Assembly (NCBI GenBank): GCA_951406725.2
Contig: OX597818.1
Coordinates: 41,664,001 to 41,728,000, forward strand
DNA from: Octopus vulgaris
Taxonomy: Eukaryota
Reading direction: 5' to 3'
DNA: 64,000 nt
Both the position numbers and the translations under genes were made by a program. Positions 42,201-54,637 of the stretch are shown piece after piece. Numbering within the stretch: position 1 is the stretch's first letter; every line of letters begins with the position of its first letter. A model generated the notes under the pieces. That model worked only from the letters and a program-made list of their open reading frames with translations, was not told the DNA's origin and did no database searches.

Positions 42201-44006
42201 CGAATGACAACTAAACCCTAAAGAAGCATTTATTGAAAGAGTTCAACCTAAATCATACATCAGAAGGACTACAAATTTTATTTGATCAACCAAATGGAGA
42301 AACCATCATGACGTGAGATTTTTCTAAATAATTCTCGAAGTCAAAGATTTTATGAATGGATGTTTGAAAAAAATAATGGACAAATACACAAAATATGAAA
42401 CAACATCTTTCTAAATAAATTTATAGGTAAAAAAAAAAGAAGTTTCTATGAAACATAGTCTTTAAGTAAGGAGTGGATATTGGCAATTTGTTTACAAATC
42501 TCAGGTCAGAAAAGCGAACAGAACAAAGATATAGTCATATATGTGCATGTGTGTGTGTGGTAAATTTTAAACAATAAAAAAAAAAATGAAATTTAGTGAA
42601 ACTAAAATGATGTATTCGGTGAATTGAACAATCTAGGATCAATAAAATAAGCAGTTGTCCATGTGACTTAAATTCCAGAAGCTCAAATTGCTTCAGAGGT
42701 TGGGGAAGTATGGCGGTTGCTGCAACAAGGGACATCATTGAGAAAATAACGGGTGTTACTGTCAGAAAATATACAGAAAGCAGTGGTTAATATATGGGTG
42801 ACAGTTTACTCGCATGACAATAGAAGCAGCTAACAAAGCTGGTCTTCATGACAACACGAAAAAAAAAAAAAAACCCTCCAAAATGGTTACCAGCATTTCA
42901 AATATATAAATATATATATATAGGGGTAGCGTTTGAAATGAAGGTGACTAGTTGAAGGAGGATGACACGGTACCCACGTGCAGAACTTTGATGATACCTC
43001 GAAATACCCGAAACTGTAGATAGAAATGGCATTCATAAACATCCTCTCTTGTAAAGCCACCAACCAGACCCAGTTAACTAAATAAAATGAGACTAGTTAT
43101 TTGCAATTAGCACAAATCAAACAAACAATTTTCTGACAATTCGGAACTCGACGAAATTACACGAGAAGTATAACAATGCAGCTTAGTCAGCGTACAGATA
43201 CCTTGTTTGGAAATGCATTTTATTATCAGTTAATTAGAAGCGGGTAGCAGATTTTTATGGAGCAGAAATCCATCGCTAAACAGAATGGTACACACAAAAA
43301 CAGTATATCGACAAGAAACACAATCTAATGATGTCCTATATTAAAGTGAAAACGCTATAGATAAATGACTATTTCCTAAGGATTGCAGGAGTCAAGGTTA
43401 ATTTTAGCTTATGTTATCTAATAAATTGCTAGGTTCGGATTTTAGTAGAAATTATTATTAATATCAAGAAGGTGACCAAAACATTTTATATTTTCTTTTT
43501 TAATATAGTTGAGGGAGAAACTAAATGTAAAGGAGAAAATTTAGTACGCAATGGGATAAAGATTAGAGGATTAAAAGGGATTTTCCCCCCTACCGTAAAT
43601 GTGCAAAGAGGAATTTGTTTTCGGAAGGGAATAGATAAAGATAAAAGTGTAAGCAGATGGGTGTGAGATCACACACGTCAATGAATATTCCCACGTAAAT
43701 TAAACACGTAATTATATTAACACACTTGGTCATTCAAATATTTAATTATTTGTCAATTGTATTTAACATACAGAAAGGATTTGGAGTACAAGAAAAATTT
43801 TCTACACCACACAAAAGTTTGACAACTATTCACAAATATTTTGATCGGATTCACAAATAAATCGGTTGTAAAATGAGGAAATTATTATAGGTTATATCAT
43901 GACCCTTTTTTTTTAATATCCAACTCGTCCATTTGTCTGAGACAAACAGCTACAGCAACCACGGCAGTACCAGCCGATGTTGATGTTATCATTATGTGTT
44001 CCTTAC

Positions 44007-44735
44007 CTCTGATATTTCATCATCATCGCTGGTTGATATGTCAGCAGGTCCGAAGATAGGAGTCGAATGTGTACTGTGTCCACCACCACCGACAACAACA
44101 GAAGATGGGAAAGGCGGTGATGATGGAGATGTCCGTTTAGTCCTTGCTACTGTCGCAGAGCCCCCAAGTCGTAAGATGGGGGTACTCTTCATTGTTTTTT
44201 GTGATTTCACAGATGGGATATCACTGCTGTTGTTATCACTGCAATTACTAAGGAGGTGGTTGCTTATGTTGCTATTCCCGGGAACTCCTGAAATGGCTGT
44301 GCTGCTTTTTTTGCAGGTCGTCGTCGAAGTCGCCCCAGAAATAACTGTAGTGGACGTAATATTGTTTGTGACAACTGGGTAAGTACATGTGTGACTCGAA
44401 GACGCACACGAAGTAGTCTGTGTAGCAGTAGAATTGGTCACAGATGATTGCACCACTGCTTCTCTGTTGCACTTTTTTCTGTTACCGTTTCTCCTAGTTC
44501 CTTCCATTTCAGTATGAAAACCACCAGTATCGCTATCGTTACCAGTATTAACACTAGAACAAGCTAAAGTACTGTGTTCAGTTTTATTACTCTTACTTTT
44601 ATCACAGGTAGTGCTGTTCTCACTTGCTTTGATTGGTGTTGAAACCAAAGCTGCTAGTGTTGCAGATGCATTTGTTGAAATTGTAGTGTTAAATGTGTGT
44701 TTGCTGGTACCGGACTTGGCCGAATTCTGTTCCAT
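44007..44735 (-). CDS. ANKHD1: ANKHD1/ANKRD17 (mask) orthologue, first coding exon (243 codons, Ser/Thr-rich N-terminus)
   Basis: ATG at 44735 inside ORF 43992..44978 (MEQNSAKSG...STSDDDEISE). Ends at a canonical donor GAG|GTAAGG (phase 0). The acidic end DDDEISE joins in frame to VESFFLGQE of the next exon, matching the ANKHD1/ANKRD17 motif EDEVSEVESFILDQ. The start codon choice is inferred. ANKHD1 versus ANKRD17 cannot be resolved, as invertebrates usually have a single co-orthologue. Confidence 0.85.
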
Positions 44736-44979
44736 TTCAATACTGTCTATACACAAATACCCAATATATGTGGATTTGTGTATAAGGTTACAACTGGTGT
44801 GTTTAGATATTAAAATACATTCATATATGTGTCTTAGTAAATCAACTGACACATATGTATATTGAAAGAAAATTATAACTATATATATATAAATACACGT
44901 AAGAGTGTTTAGTATCTTGAATAAAGAATATTTTACGTTAGTATGAGTTTTTTTGGGTTTTTTTTTAGCAAAGTTCAAA

Positions 44980-46560
44980 AAGCAATATTAGGTTATGTGC
45001 AATAATAATAATAGCAAGTGGGCAAAGAAAGGAATAAGTGAGCATTTATCTAACTTTCGTGACCCTTCCTTTTTCAGATATTGAACAACATACACTATAG
45101 TTGGCGTTGGTAATATTATGAAATTTTGAAATAGCTGTAAAATTAAATTTCATAGTCTTTTGTTACTCGGTAATGTTACATAAATTTTTTCCTTGACCGC
45201 CATCATCACCGAAGTGCTATAATACAAATACCCCGGATGATTATCGCTGCGCAAGTTCACGAAAGTACTATACACATACACACACACACATATATATATA
45301 TACATACATACATACATATAAATACATACATACACATACACAATTAGATTTACATTTAATTATCAGTTATTTTCCCTGTTTTTTGGGTGTTTTTATTATA
45401 GGTTTTTTATCTGTACTCTCTTTTTCTGAATTTACCAGAGTATTTTTTATTATTGATAAAGTAAATACTTTCTCAACCTAAGCGAATAAAAAGGCTAACT
45501 TTAGATATTGCTTTCGTATTTCCATAGCAGTTATAATTGCCAAAAACAAGGTCGTTTCCTGTTATCTGCCAAAATTTGCAAATAATCTTTTTATTCGTTA
45601 ATAAATCTATAAATTTCACGGGATAGTCATCTCACATATGAAGATGTTTAGATACACACACAAAAAAAAAAATGAAGTATAATTCAATTGAATTTTATTT
45701 TATTTTTTAATAACATCAGAACCAGTGACGTAACGCAATCATTACAAAGTAATATGTTCAGCATCTCTTCACAGATTTTGAGCTGAAGGAGTCATTGCAA
45801 TCAATAAGAAACTCCAATAGGATGAAAATTCATTTATATTTACGATAACTCACGAGACACTTAACTCTTTTATTTTAGAGTTTAATATGTTCGGAGTAAA
45901 ACACGATTACTTCCCCTGTTAGTCAAACTCTTACTTCGATCATTTCTTACAGCATTTACACGTACACACACGCACACATATCTATTGTAGCTTGTCACTA
46001 CGTGAGATGATCACGGGGTGGGGGGTACCTCGTATATGTGTAGTCACTTTCAGTTTGATGTTCTCTTCTTTTCATACGTTTCATAATTTATTGAAAAGCG
46101 AATGAATCCAGAACTAGAGAGTACTGAGTCATGACATTGCATTGCCACGTTTGTATTGTCGAAAACTAGGTCTTTGGGATTTGGTCGTGCAGTGGCGTAG
46201 TGTGGGGTGTGCGGAACGCCCTGGGCTGCTATTGAGTTGGTGAGTGAGGGGAGAAAACATTTTGAAGATATGCTGTGCCACTATTCGTGTCATATTCCTG
46301 GCTGTACTCTCTTGTTAATTTAACCACTTCGTTTTTCTTTGCGGCTTAGTCTTCGGAGGTAGTGCCAGCTGCCTAAGCCTACAAATTAAAAGAACGAGCC
46401 CATTTGCTAGTCGTTCGACTTCCTTGAAGTAGCAACCAAATCTTCCTCGTATAAGGAGAAAAGACACTTGATAATGTAATCATACACAAAAGCCAGGGTG
46501 GTCGTGGCCGTTTGCCTTTCTTCATAGGTCTGCTCGTCAGGAATTATTTGGTACTAATCA
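44980..46560. promoter_or_regulatory. Likely promoter/5' region of the ANKHD1-like gene
   Basis: Upstream of the first coding exon and visibly CpG-retaining. YY1-like CCGCCATC at 45197-45204 and CRE-like TGACGTAA near 45726. The TSS cannot be determined. Confidence 0.4.
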
Positions 46561-46899
46561 ATTATTACAAGTACTTAGACATTTATGTGAATTTGATAGA
46601 ATAATAATACTTTAAAATCTCTGTCCTGAACACTAATTTCTAACTTTCACGCAAGGCCACAGTTTGAAATATTTGATTTAAATAATTTTAACAGATAGTG
46701 ACTGCCTATTTCTTAAAATGTCCAAGTTACAAAAGAAGAATATTTTGCCAATATTTCTCTTCTCACATGCCATTATCTCTTAACATTTATGTTTCCCCTA
46801 TTATTTACATAGTAAATGTAATATAGATATTTTTTTTTTTTTTAATTCCACTTTTCACTGATCTTTTTTTGTATTAGAGATTTTCTTTCCCAAATACAG

Positions 46900-47578
46900 T
46901 CATCGTCATTTAACGTCCGCTTTCCATGCTAGCATGGGTTGGACGATTTGACTGAGGGCTGGCAAACCAGATGGCTGCACCAGGCTTCCATCTTGATCTG
47001 GCAGAGTTTCTACAGCTGGATGCCCTTCCTAACGCCAACCACTCCGAGAGTGTAGTGGGTGCTTTTACGTGCCACTGGCACAGGACCAGTCAGGCGGTAC
47101 TGGCAACGACCTTGCTCGAATCTTTTACACATGCCACCGGCACAGGTGCCAGTTAGGCGATGCTGGTAACGATCACGCTCGGATGGTGTCTTTTATGTGC
47201 CACCAGCACAGAGGCCAGATAGCCGCTCTGACAACAATCACGCTCGGATGGTGCTCTTAATACCCTACTAGCACAGAGCTCGAGTGCCAGTAAGGCGACA
47301 CTGATAACGATCACGCTCGAATGGTGCCTTTTAAGTGTCACTGGCATGGAAGCCGGTTAGCCGCTCTGTCAATGATCACACTCTTGGCTTGGTATTTCTC
47401 CTGCAGCTGTCTTACCAGAAATATGGCATCAGTGGTGCTTTTCCCTGGCACGAAACCAAACTGCATCTCATCCAAGCTGACTCTCTCCCTAATCAGTTGG
47501 GCTATGACCCTCTCCGTAACCTTCGTTACCTGATCCAACAGCTTGATACCTCTGTAATTATTTGTATCTAAAGTGTCT
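46900..47578 (-). mobile_element. Internally deleted RTE LINE (RT fragment fused to 3' UTR)
   Basis: The RT segment KVTERVIAQLIRERVSLDEMQFGFVPGKSTTDAIFLVRQLQEKY directly abuts the tandem 3' UTR units and tail. Confidence 0.85.
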
Positions 47579-47629
47579 TGTTGGAAATATTTTTATAGTA
47601 TATTCATTATTCCAACTTATTAAATTCTA

Positions 47630-48820
47630 AGCAATTTTTAAATTACAGATTCAGGAAACTAGATATAGAGGAATGGAATGGCTTATGTGCTGTACAAGAT
47701 ATGTACAAAAATACAGTAAAATTAGTCGACGATTTCAGTGATGAATTTACCATGAGTGTAGGGGTCTATAAAAGCTCAGTCCTCCGTCTTCTATTAATCA
47801 CAGTACTACTGGCCACCACAGAGGTTTACTGACTGGGCTATGATGGGAACTTTTGTATGCCAAAGATCTAGTTCTCATAGCTGAATCTATAGGGGAAATT
47901 CTGAGCTTGGAAGTTAAACCTTGAATTGAGCTGTCTTAAGGTAAACATAGCAAAGACAAAGATTTTAGTAAGTAGGAAAGATAACAGCAGGGCTAGCTCA
48001 AGGTACTGCCCGGGGCAGTAAGGAGGGTGTGACAAAGACAAGGAAATTTCCATGACTGTCAGCTTGTACAAGCCGAATTTCAGCTTGCCCGGGGCACCAG
48101 CAACCCTGGGGATGGCCCCAGATGACAGGACCCTATATCTTCAATGAAATGGCTTTGTTCAATAAATAGAAAAAAGAGTAGGTATAAACCTCCTGTGTTG
48201 TAAGCTATGGACATAATAGAGATCTCTGACAGACTAACAGAGAACATAAACTTCATGTGATATATTCACTAGAGCAGTACATACTATGAGCACAACAGAA
48301 ATAGATACTCTTAAATGCCCAAAGGAGTAGTTGATAGCATTTCTTTTACCTAAGGTATTAGCAAGGGAGGTAGTTACTGTGATAGTATAGCAGCCAAAGA
48401 ACAAGTTAAGGAAAGTTCAAGGAGCTACTACCCTGTTACCAACAAAGGTCTTTTCTGTCAAAATGAAGTGCAGATTATATGATATTTGAGTTAGAACTGT
48501 GATACTGCCTAATAGTGAGACACAGGCCTCAGATGCAAAGGACATGAGAAGACTGGAAAGAAATGAAGTAAGCATTCTCCATTGGATGTGCACTATAAGT
48601 GTGTATAGATATACTCAGAGGAAAACTCTGCATCAGATGTGCTGGTATGGACAAGGGATGTGTATGGATGAGGATAGCTGTATAAAGAAGTGTTGATCAC
48701 ATAATGTTGATGGAACTTGCAGAAGACAGAGACTCGGTAAGACCTGGGATAAAGTAGTAATCTCAGGACCTTAAACCTTACAAAGGACTAGATGGCAATA
48801 TACAATTCTTAAGAAGATTG
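47630..48820 (+). mobile_element. Old decayed RTE LINE
   Basis: DMRRLERNEVSILHWMC...WYGQGMCMDEDSCIKKC with many stop codons. Confidence 0.7.
47988..48120. mobile_element. Short GC-rich MITE with 8-bp target duplication (hAT-type), nested in an RTE remnant
   Basis: Flanks GATAACAG (47980-87) and GATGACAG (48121-28); degenerate termini CAGGGCTAGC...GATGGCCCCA. Confidence 0.55.
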
Positions 48821-48985
48821 ACCTATCTCAGTGAAACTGAGTTCTGGAAGCATTGTGTATATATATTAATTGAAGTGTACAATAATATATATCCATTACG
48901 ACCGATTAAGGTTTGCACCAGGGATTCAACAGTGTTAGGTAACAGTCTGATTATGTTACTCTGTGCTCATGAGTGGTAGCTGTTA

Positions 48986-49598
48986 TGCCACACCCTAGCG
49001 GTTGAGGGAACCCGTGGAAGAGGCAGACCCAGGAAAACCTGGGACGAGGTGGTGAAGCACAACCTTTGAACTTTAGGTCTCACTGAGGAAATGACTAGAG
49101 ACCGAGACCTTTGGAGGTATGCTGTGCATGAGAAGACCCGGCAGGACAAGTGAGACCATAACCCATGGCCTCTACATGGGATGTAGCCAGTCCACTTATG
49201 CATACCTTTCCTTCTTGGGACACAAAACTCTACTTGTGAAAGTCGAAATCGATCAACATCAAGGGAAATTGCAGCTGTGATACCAGTGCCGGTGGTACGT
49301 AAAAGAACCATCCGAACATGGCCGTTGCCAGCGCCGCCCCGACTGGCCTTGTGCCGGTGGCACGTAAAAAGCACCATCCGATCGTGGCTGTTTGCCAGCC
49401 TCGTCTGGCACCTGTGCCGGTGGAACGTAAAAAGTACCCACTACACTCACGGAGTGGTTGGCATTAGGAAGGGCATCCAGCCGTAGAAACATTGCCAGAT
49501 CAGACTGGGCCTGGTGCAGCCTTCTGGCTTCCCAGACCCCAGTTGAACCGTCCAACCCATGCTAGCATGGAAAGCGGACTCTAAATGAAGATGATGAT
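48986..49598 (+). mobile_element. RTE LINE 3' fragment, same subfamily as 789-1850
   Basis: Highly similar to the reverse complement of 790-1420. Confidence 0.9.
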
Positions 49599-50622
49599 AT
49601 ATATATGCACAACTGGGCCCTTCACCTAATTTCTTTCTCAAGAAACCATCACCACCCATCATCTCTTTAACTTCTCCTCTCCCCTCATACCACTTCACCA
49701 CCACTTTTTTTAATCTCTTTCCAGCTCCACCTCAATCACTCCTACTCTGTCTTCTAAATTGTGAGTTGTCATGTAGCACCTTGACTGCAAGAAACCTGTT
49801 CAACTTTCATACTTTAATCCTTCATCTCCTAGCATAATGCCACCTACTCAGGGTTTTGTGAACTACTCCAGCAACTACAGTATTGCTGGTGGTAGGAAAA
49901 AGAGTACCTAGTACATGCTTTGAAGTGGTTGGCATTAGGAAGGACATCCAGCCCTAGAAACCATGGTCTTCAATTTGAGGATAATTTCCTCCCTACTTCC
50001 CATCAGACTCAGAGACCTTATAAAGAGTTATCAGCACAGTCTTTCCTCACCTCATATATTTCTATTACTCATCTGTCTATTGCTCATACCACTGTAACTC
50101 ATGTCCATTTTGTCAATACCATTATCTTTTTATCTTGCTTTTGCAATTAAACATAAAAGAAAAAGAGCAATTTAAAAAACAAAAGTTGTATCAATGATCA
50201 GAAAGTCAATAAATGTTCAGGTCTAACTGTACAGGCAATAACTTAATGATGAACCACAAGACTGCACTGAGTAATTGATACACAGTTTAATAGACTACTT
50301 CTATATATTTCTGAGTTAAGTTAACTTCAATAATATTTACTTCTGAAGCTATTCTGTCTTAGCTGTGACCAGAACAACAGGGCACAAATGAGCTGAGAGA
50401 AAACAGAATATAGGAGGAATCAGATGGAGTGTGCAAGAGAGAAGATTGTGTTGATATAGGCATGTAATGTGTATGAAGGAGAGCAACTTTATAAAGATGT
50501 GCCATGCACTCAAAGAAAATGGGACCTATGGAAGACTTGGAATGAAGTGATAGAGACAGATGTGAAACTCTTACACCTCACTGAAGAGATGTCAAAGGAT
50601 TGCAGTGACTGACAGTATGCTG

Positions 50623-51245
50623 TCATCATCATCATTGTTTAACGTTCGTTTTCCATGCTAGCATGGGTTGGACGGTTTGACCGGGGTCTGGGAAGCTAGG
50701 AGGCTATGCCAGGCTCCAGTTTGATCTGGCAGTGTTTCTACAGCTGGATGCCCTTCCTAACAGCAACCACTCCGAGAGTGTAGTGGGTACTTTTTACATA
50801 CCACCAGCACAGAGGAGGCTGGCAAACAGCCACGATCGGTTGGTGCTTTTACATGTCACTGACACGGATGCCAGTCAGGCAGCGCTGGCATCTGCCACGT
50901 TCGGACGGTGCTTTTTACATGTCACCAGCACAGGTATCTTAACTACAATTTCCATTTGATTTTCATTTTGATGTTGGTGTTGACATACTTGACTCAGTAG
51001 GTCTCCTCAAGCACAGCTGGTTGCCCTACAATCCAAGGTTAGCACAGCAGGCCGTCCTGCGAGCCATGAACTCACTTCATTTGTCGGGTCTTCACAGTCA
51101 CAGCATATCTCTGAGGTCTCGGTCTTCGTCATTTCCTCCGTGAGGCCCTAAGTGCCACCGGCACGGGTGTCACAACTACAATATCTATACGATTTTTATT
51201 TTGATGTTGATGAACTTGACAAAATAGGTCTCCTCAAGCGCAGCA
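50623..51245 (-). mobile_element. RTE LINE 3' fragment with partial duplication
   Basis: (ATC)n tail and 3' UTR units; 51152-51245 repeats a 3' UTR segment. Confidence 0.8.
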
Positions 51246-51953
51246 GGCTGTATGGAAGAAAACCTCCTTGCCTGCTCAGGAATGACAAAGTGGACTTTAA
51301 AATTTATGTTGCGTATGTTTGTACATATGCAAGCATGCATCATTCGGCATAAGTATGTATTGATGCATATATGTATACATGCATGCCTGATTATTGTCTA
51401 GTATACATCACTAACCTCTTTGATAGCCTCTCACCCCACATCATCATCATCATCATCATTTAATGTCTGTTTTCCATGAAAATATAGGTGGCCCTTAAAA
51501 GGACCGTTTTTTGGAGAAAGGCAAGATTTCTGCCCACGCTCCATGTCTGTTTTGGCATGGTTTCTAAGGCCGGATGCCCTTCCTAACACCAACTCCTTTA
51601 CCGAGTGTACTGGGTGCTTTTATGCAGCACTGGCATGCGCGCTTTTACATAGCACCGGCATTGGTGTTTTTTACATGGCACCACCACCCACAAACCTGCA
51701 AGATTAGGAACACTCAGCTGAAGCAGGATGCAGGGGACATCCCTGTATGCAAGGACAACCATGTATTAACTTAGCTTAACATGTCTTCTCAAGCACAGCA
51801 AACTGTCAGAAGTCTCAGTCCCCTATCATCCCTTCTGTGAAGCCCAAAATCTGAAAATCCTTTCTCACCATTTCATATTACTTTATATATATATATTATC
51901 TTTGGCATAAATATTGTGCCTTATAATTCATTAATCAGTTGTATAATCAATAA

Positions 51954-52477
51954 TCATCATTATCGTTTAACGCCCGTTTTCCAAGCTGGCATGGATTGGA
52001 TGGTTCGACCTGGGTCTGGGAAGCCAGGAGGCTGCGCCAAGCTCCAGTCTGATATGGCAGTGTTTCTACAGATGGATGCCCTTCCTAACGCCAACCACTC
52101 CATGAGTGTGGTAGGTACTTTTTATGTGCCACCGGCACAGGGGCCAGAGGAGGCTGGCAAACGACCATGATCAGTTGGTGCTTTTTACGTGTCACTGACA
52201 TGGATGCCAGTCAGGCAGCGCTAGCATCAGCCACGTTCGGATGGTGCTTTTTACATGCCATCAGCACGGGTATCATAACTACAATTCCCATTTGATTTTT
52301 ATTTTGATGTTGATGTTGATGTACTTGACTCAATAGGTCTCCTCAAGCACAGCAGGTCACCTTACAATCCAAAGTTAGCACAGCAGGCAATCCTGCAAGC
52401 CATGAACTCACTTCATTTGTCAGGTCTTTGCAGTCACAGCATATCTCAGAGGTTTTGGTCTTTCGTCATTGCCTGTG
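51954..52477 (-). mobile_element. RTE LINE 3' fragment
   Basis: Closely similar to 50623-51145. Confidence 0.85.
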
Positions 52478-52599
52478 ATAGATATTTGAAAAACTCGCAA
52501 TCATAACAAAGTGTAACCTCCACAATAAATAATCACACTCCACTTCTATAGTGAATAATAATTTCCCTCTTATTTGTAAACTCAGGCATATGTTATTTA

Positions 52600-54260
52600 T
52601 GTGATAATACATCAACTGTGAAATTTGACAACTAATGACTGCAAATAAAATTAAAACAAAACAAATAAACAGGAGATTACTCATATGTAGACTCTGCTGT
52701 GAGCAGGAAGATCTATTATGGCAGAGAAGTATTTAGCTCGGACCACCCACTGGTGTTCATTTACATAAGAATTGCTAGGGCATGATTTACAAGCTTCCTT
52801 TTTGGCTTCTTCTATACAAATTTGTAAGGATTCAAATGCCTTCAAGCACTTAGTTCTAGCTTCCTTCAATGTAGACTTGTCTTGATTAAGAAGATCCCAA
52901 GAATTTGCGTGGATCTTGCTGTCTTTTAACCTTTTAACATCCAGATTACTGTTGTTTTGAATTAATCTTGCATTATTTCATAGATTTGAGATTTTGCTGA
53001 TCTGATTGTTTATTTTTAGAATGATATATTATAGAGTAGATGTGAGAAGCTGGGTAAGTTTAAACATTAAATGAACATAAATAGAATGTTTTTGCCAGAT
53101 ATGACCTGTTTAAATACTAGAATGTTAAAGTTGCTTTCAATGAATCTTTGTATCTTTTATGAAGTGCACCTACACTGCACACATCATCATCATCATCGTT
53201 TAACGTCCGATTTCCATGCTAGCATGGGTTGGACGGTTTGACTGAGGGCTGGCGAACCAGATGGCTGCACCAGGCTCCAGTCTTGATCTGGCAGAGTTTC
53301 TACAGCTGGATGCTCTTCCTAACGCCAACCACTCCGAGAGTGTAGTGGGTGCTTTTACATGCCACCGGCATGGAGGCCAATCAGGCGGTACTGGTAACGA
53401 CCTCACTCGAATCTTTTTACACATGCCAACGGCACAGGTGCCAGTAAGGCGATGCTGGTACCCCCACAGAAAAGATGATTACTTTTGGTAGTCTAAAATC
53501 TGGCATTCTGACAACAAATCCCAGACCAATACAGTAGTTTTGCTTCAGTTTAGAAAACTGGGTACAATAGAACCCCTGTGTAATAATAAATCAACTGTAA
53601 AATTTAACAACTTAGTGACTGCAATTAAAATTAAACAAATAAAACAGAAGTTTACTCATATATAGACTCTGCTGTGAGCAGGAAGATCTATTATGGCAGA
53701 ATTTTATCCTGCCACTTTATCCTTTGAATCTTCTAAGTCAAGGTGTGTGGAAATGATTAAGCTTTTTAGCATGGAATTGGTACTCTGTTCAAGTTTCAGT
53801 ATCATATAGGAGAATTAGAAGTATAATTGCATTGTAAACTTTCAATTTAGTACCAATACAAATGTATGATCTGTCCCTCAATTTATGCTGCAGTTTTCCA
53901 AAAGCTGCACTAGTCTTGCCTATTCATGACAACACCTCAATGTCAATACAAACATTTGAGGACACTGTACTTTCAAAATATTCAATGTTGTCCCACTTGC
54001 TTTATTCTAAAAAACACACACAGTGAATATCATGGGACAGGGTGATGCAATACTTACGTTTTTGTAATACTGATAGTAAGGTCAAAATTATTGCAAGTCT
54101 TTGAAAATTGATTGACATATATGTTTGCATGCTGGACTCATTTTACACAAGCAATCCACGATCATCCACAAACAGAAGTTCACAGACACATATTTAACAT
54201 TGGCTGTGAAGATTAAACACCTGTTAATTCTCAATAAAGGTGTTCTGAAGGCCACCTGCA
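52600..54260 (-). mobile_element. Ancient RTE-like LINE of a different family, interrupted by a MITE-like insert and an RTE tail
   Basis: Removing the insert at about 52926-53127 restores HKRYKDSLKATLKDSKIHANSWDLLNQD, a typical RTE C-terminus. KKLNHFHT...IKWQDKI is seen near 53700-53770. Confidence 0.65.
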
Positions 54261-54462
54261 AGATATAATATTTTCTTCTTTAAATTATAGATATAGTTGT
54301 GGGTGTAGCTGTGTGGTAAAAAGCTTGCCTCCCAAATATATATATATATATATATATACCGGAGTAAACACATAAATGTGAAACAAGGTGGAAAAAAGAG
54401 TACTCAAATACCAGTGGTAGAGTAATATGCTTTATTTTAAGCAGCAGAAAATTCAACAAAAT

Positions 54463-54500
54463 CTGTTACTCTGAGTTTCTCGTTGCCGTTCATCAGACAG
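54463..54500 (-). ncRNA. Minimal type I hammerhead ribozyme motif (mirror copy)
   Basis: Exact reverse complement of 54517-54554 in the other arm of the palindrome. Confidence 0.75.
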
Positions 54501-54516
54501 TTTTTTCTAGCAAAAA

Positions 54517-54554
54517 CTGTCTGATGAACGGCAACGAGAAACTCAGAGTAACAG
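54517..54554 (+). ncRNA. Minimal type I hammerhead ribozyme motif
   Basis: Stem I CTGT/ACAG; core CTGATGA (54521-27); stem II ACG-GCAA-CGA with an A.A mismatch at the first pair; GAAA (54538-41); quasi-palindromic stem III ACTCAGAGT; predicted GUA cleavage after 54550. Confidence 0.75.
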
Positions 54555-54637
54555 ATTTTGTTGAATTTTCTGCTGCTTAAAATAAAGTATATATATATAT
54601 ATATACATATATGTCACTGTGTGTGTGTGTTGATATA

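Larger units (their letters stand above)
7116..44006 (-). other. 36,891-bp phase-0 GT-AG intron of the ANKHD1/ANKRD17 orthologue
   Basis: Lies between the donor at 44006 and the acceptor at 7116. The reading frame is preserved and no other convincing coding exon was found inside. Confidence 0.8.
54359..54592 (-). mobile_element. Penelope-like element terminus (inverted pseudo-LTR) inserted in (TA)n
   Basis: Palindrome 54425-54592 centred on CTAG (54507-10) plus about 65 bp of unique tail. (TA)n on both sides; hammerhead and AATAAA in each arm. Confidence 0.65.

Noticed and set aside
43996-44865. Plus-strand ORFs of 128 and 84 aa
   Set aside because: Antisense shadows of the real coding exon.
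52681-52869. ORF that looked like a terminal host exon
   Set aside because: Continues into an RTE LINE C-terminal motif once the intervening insert is removed.
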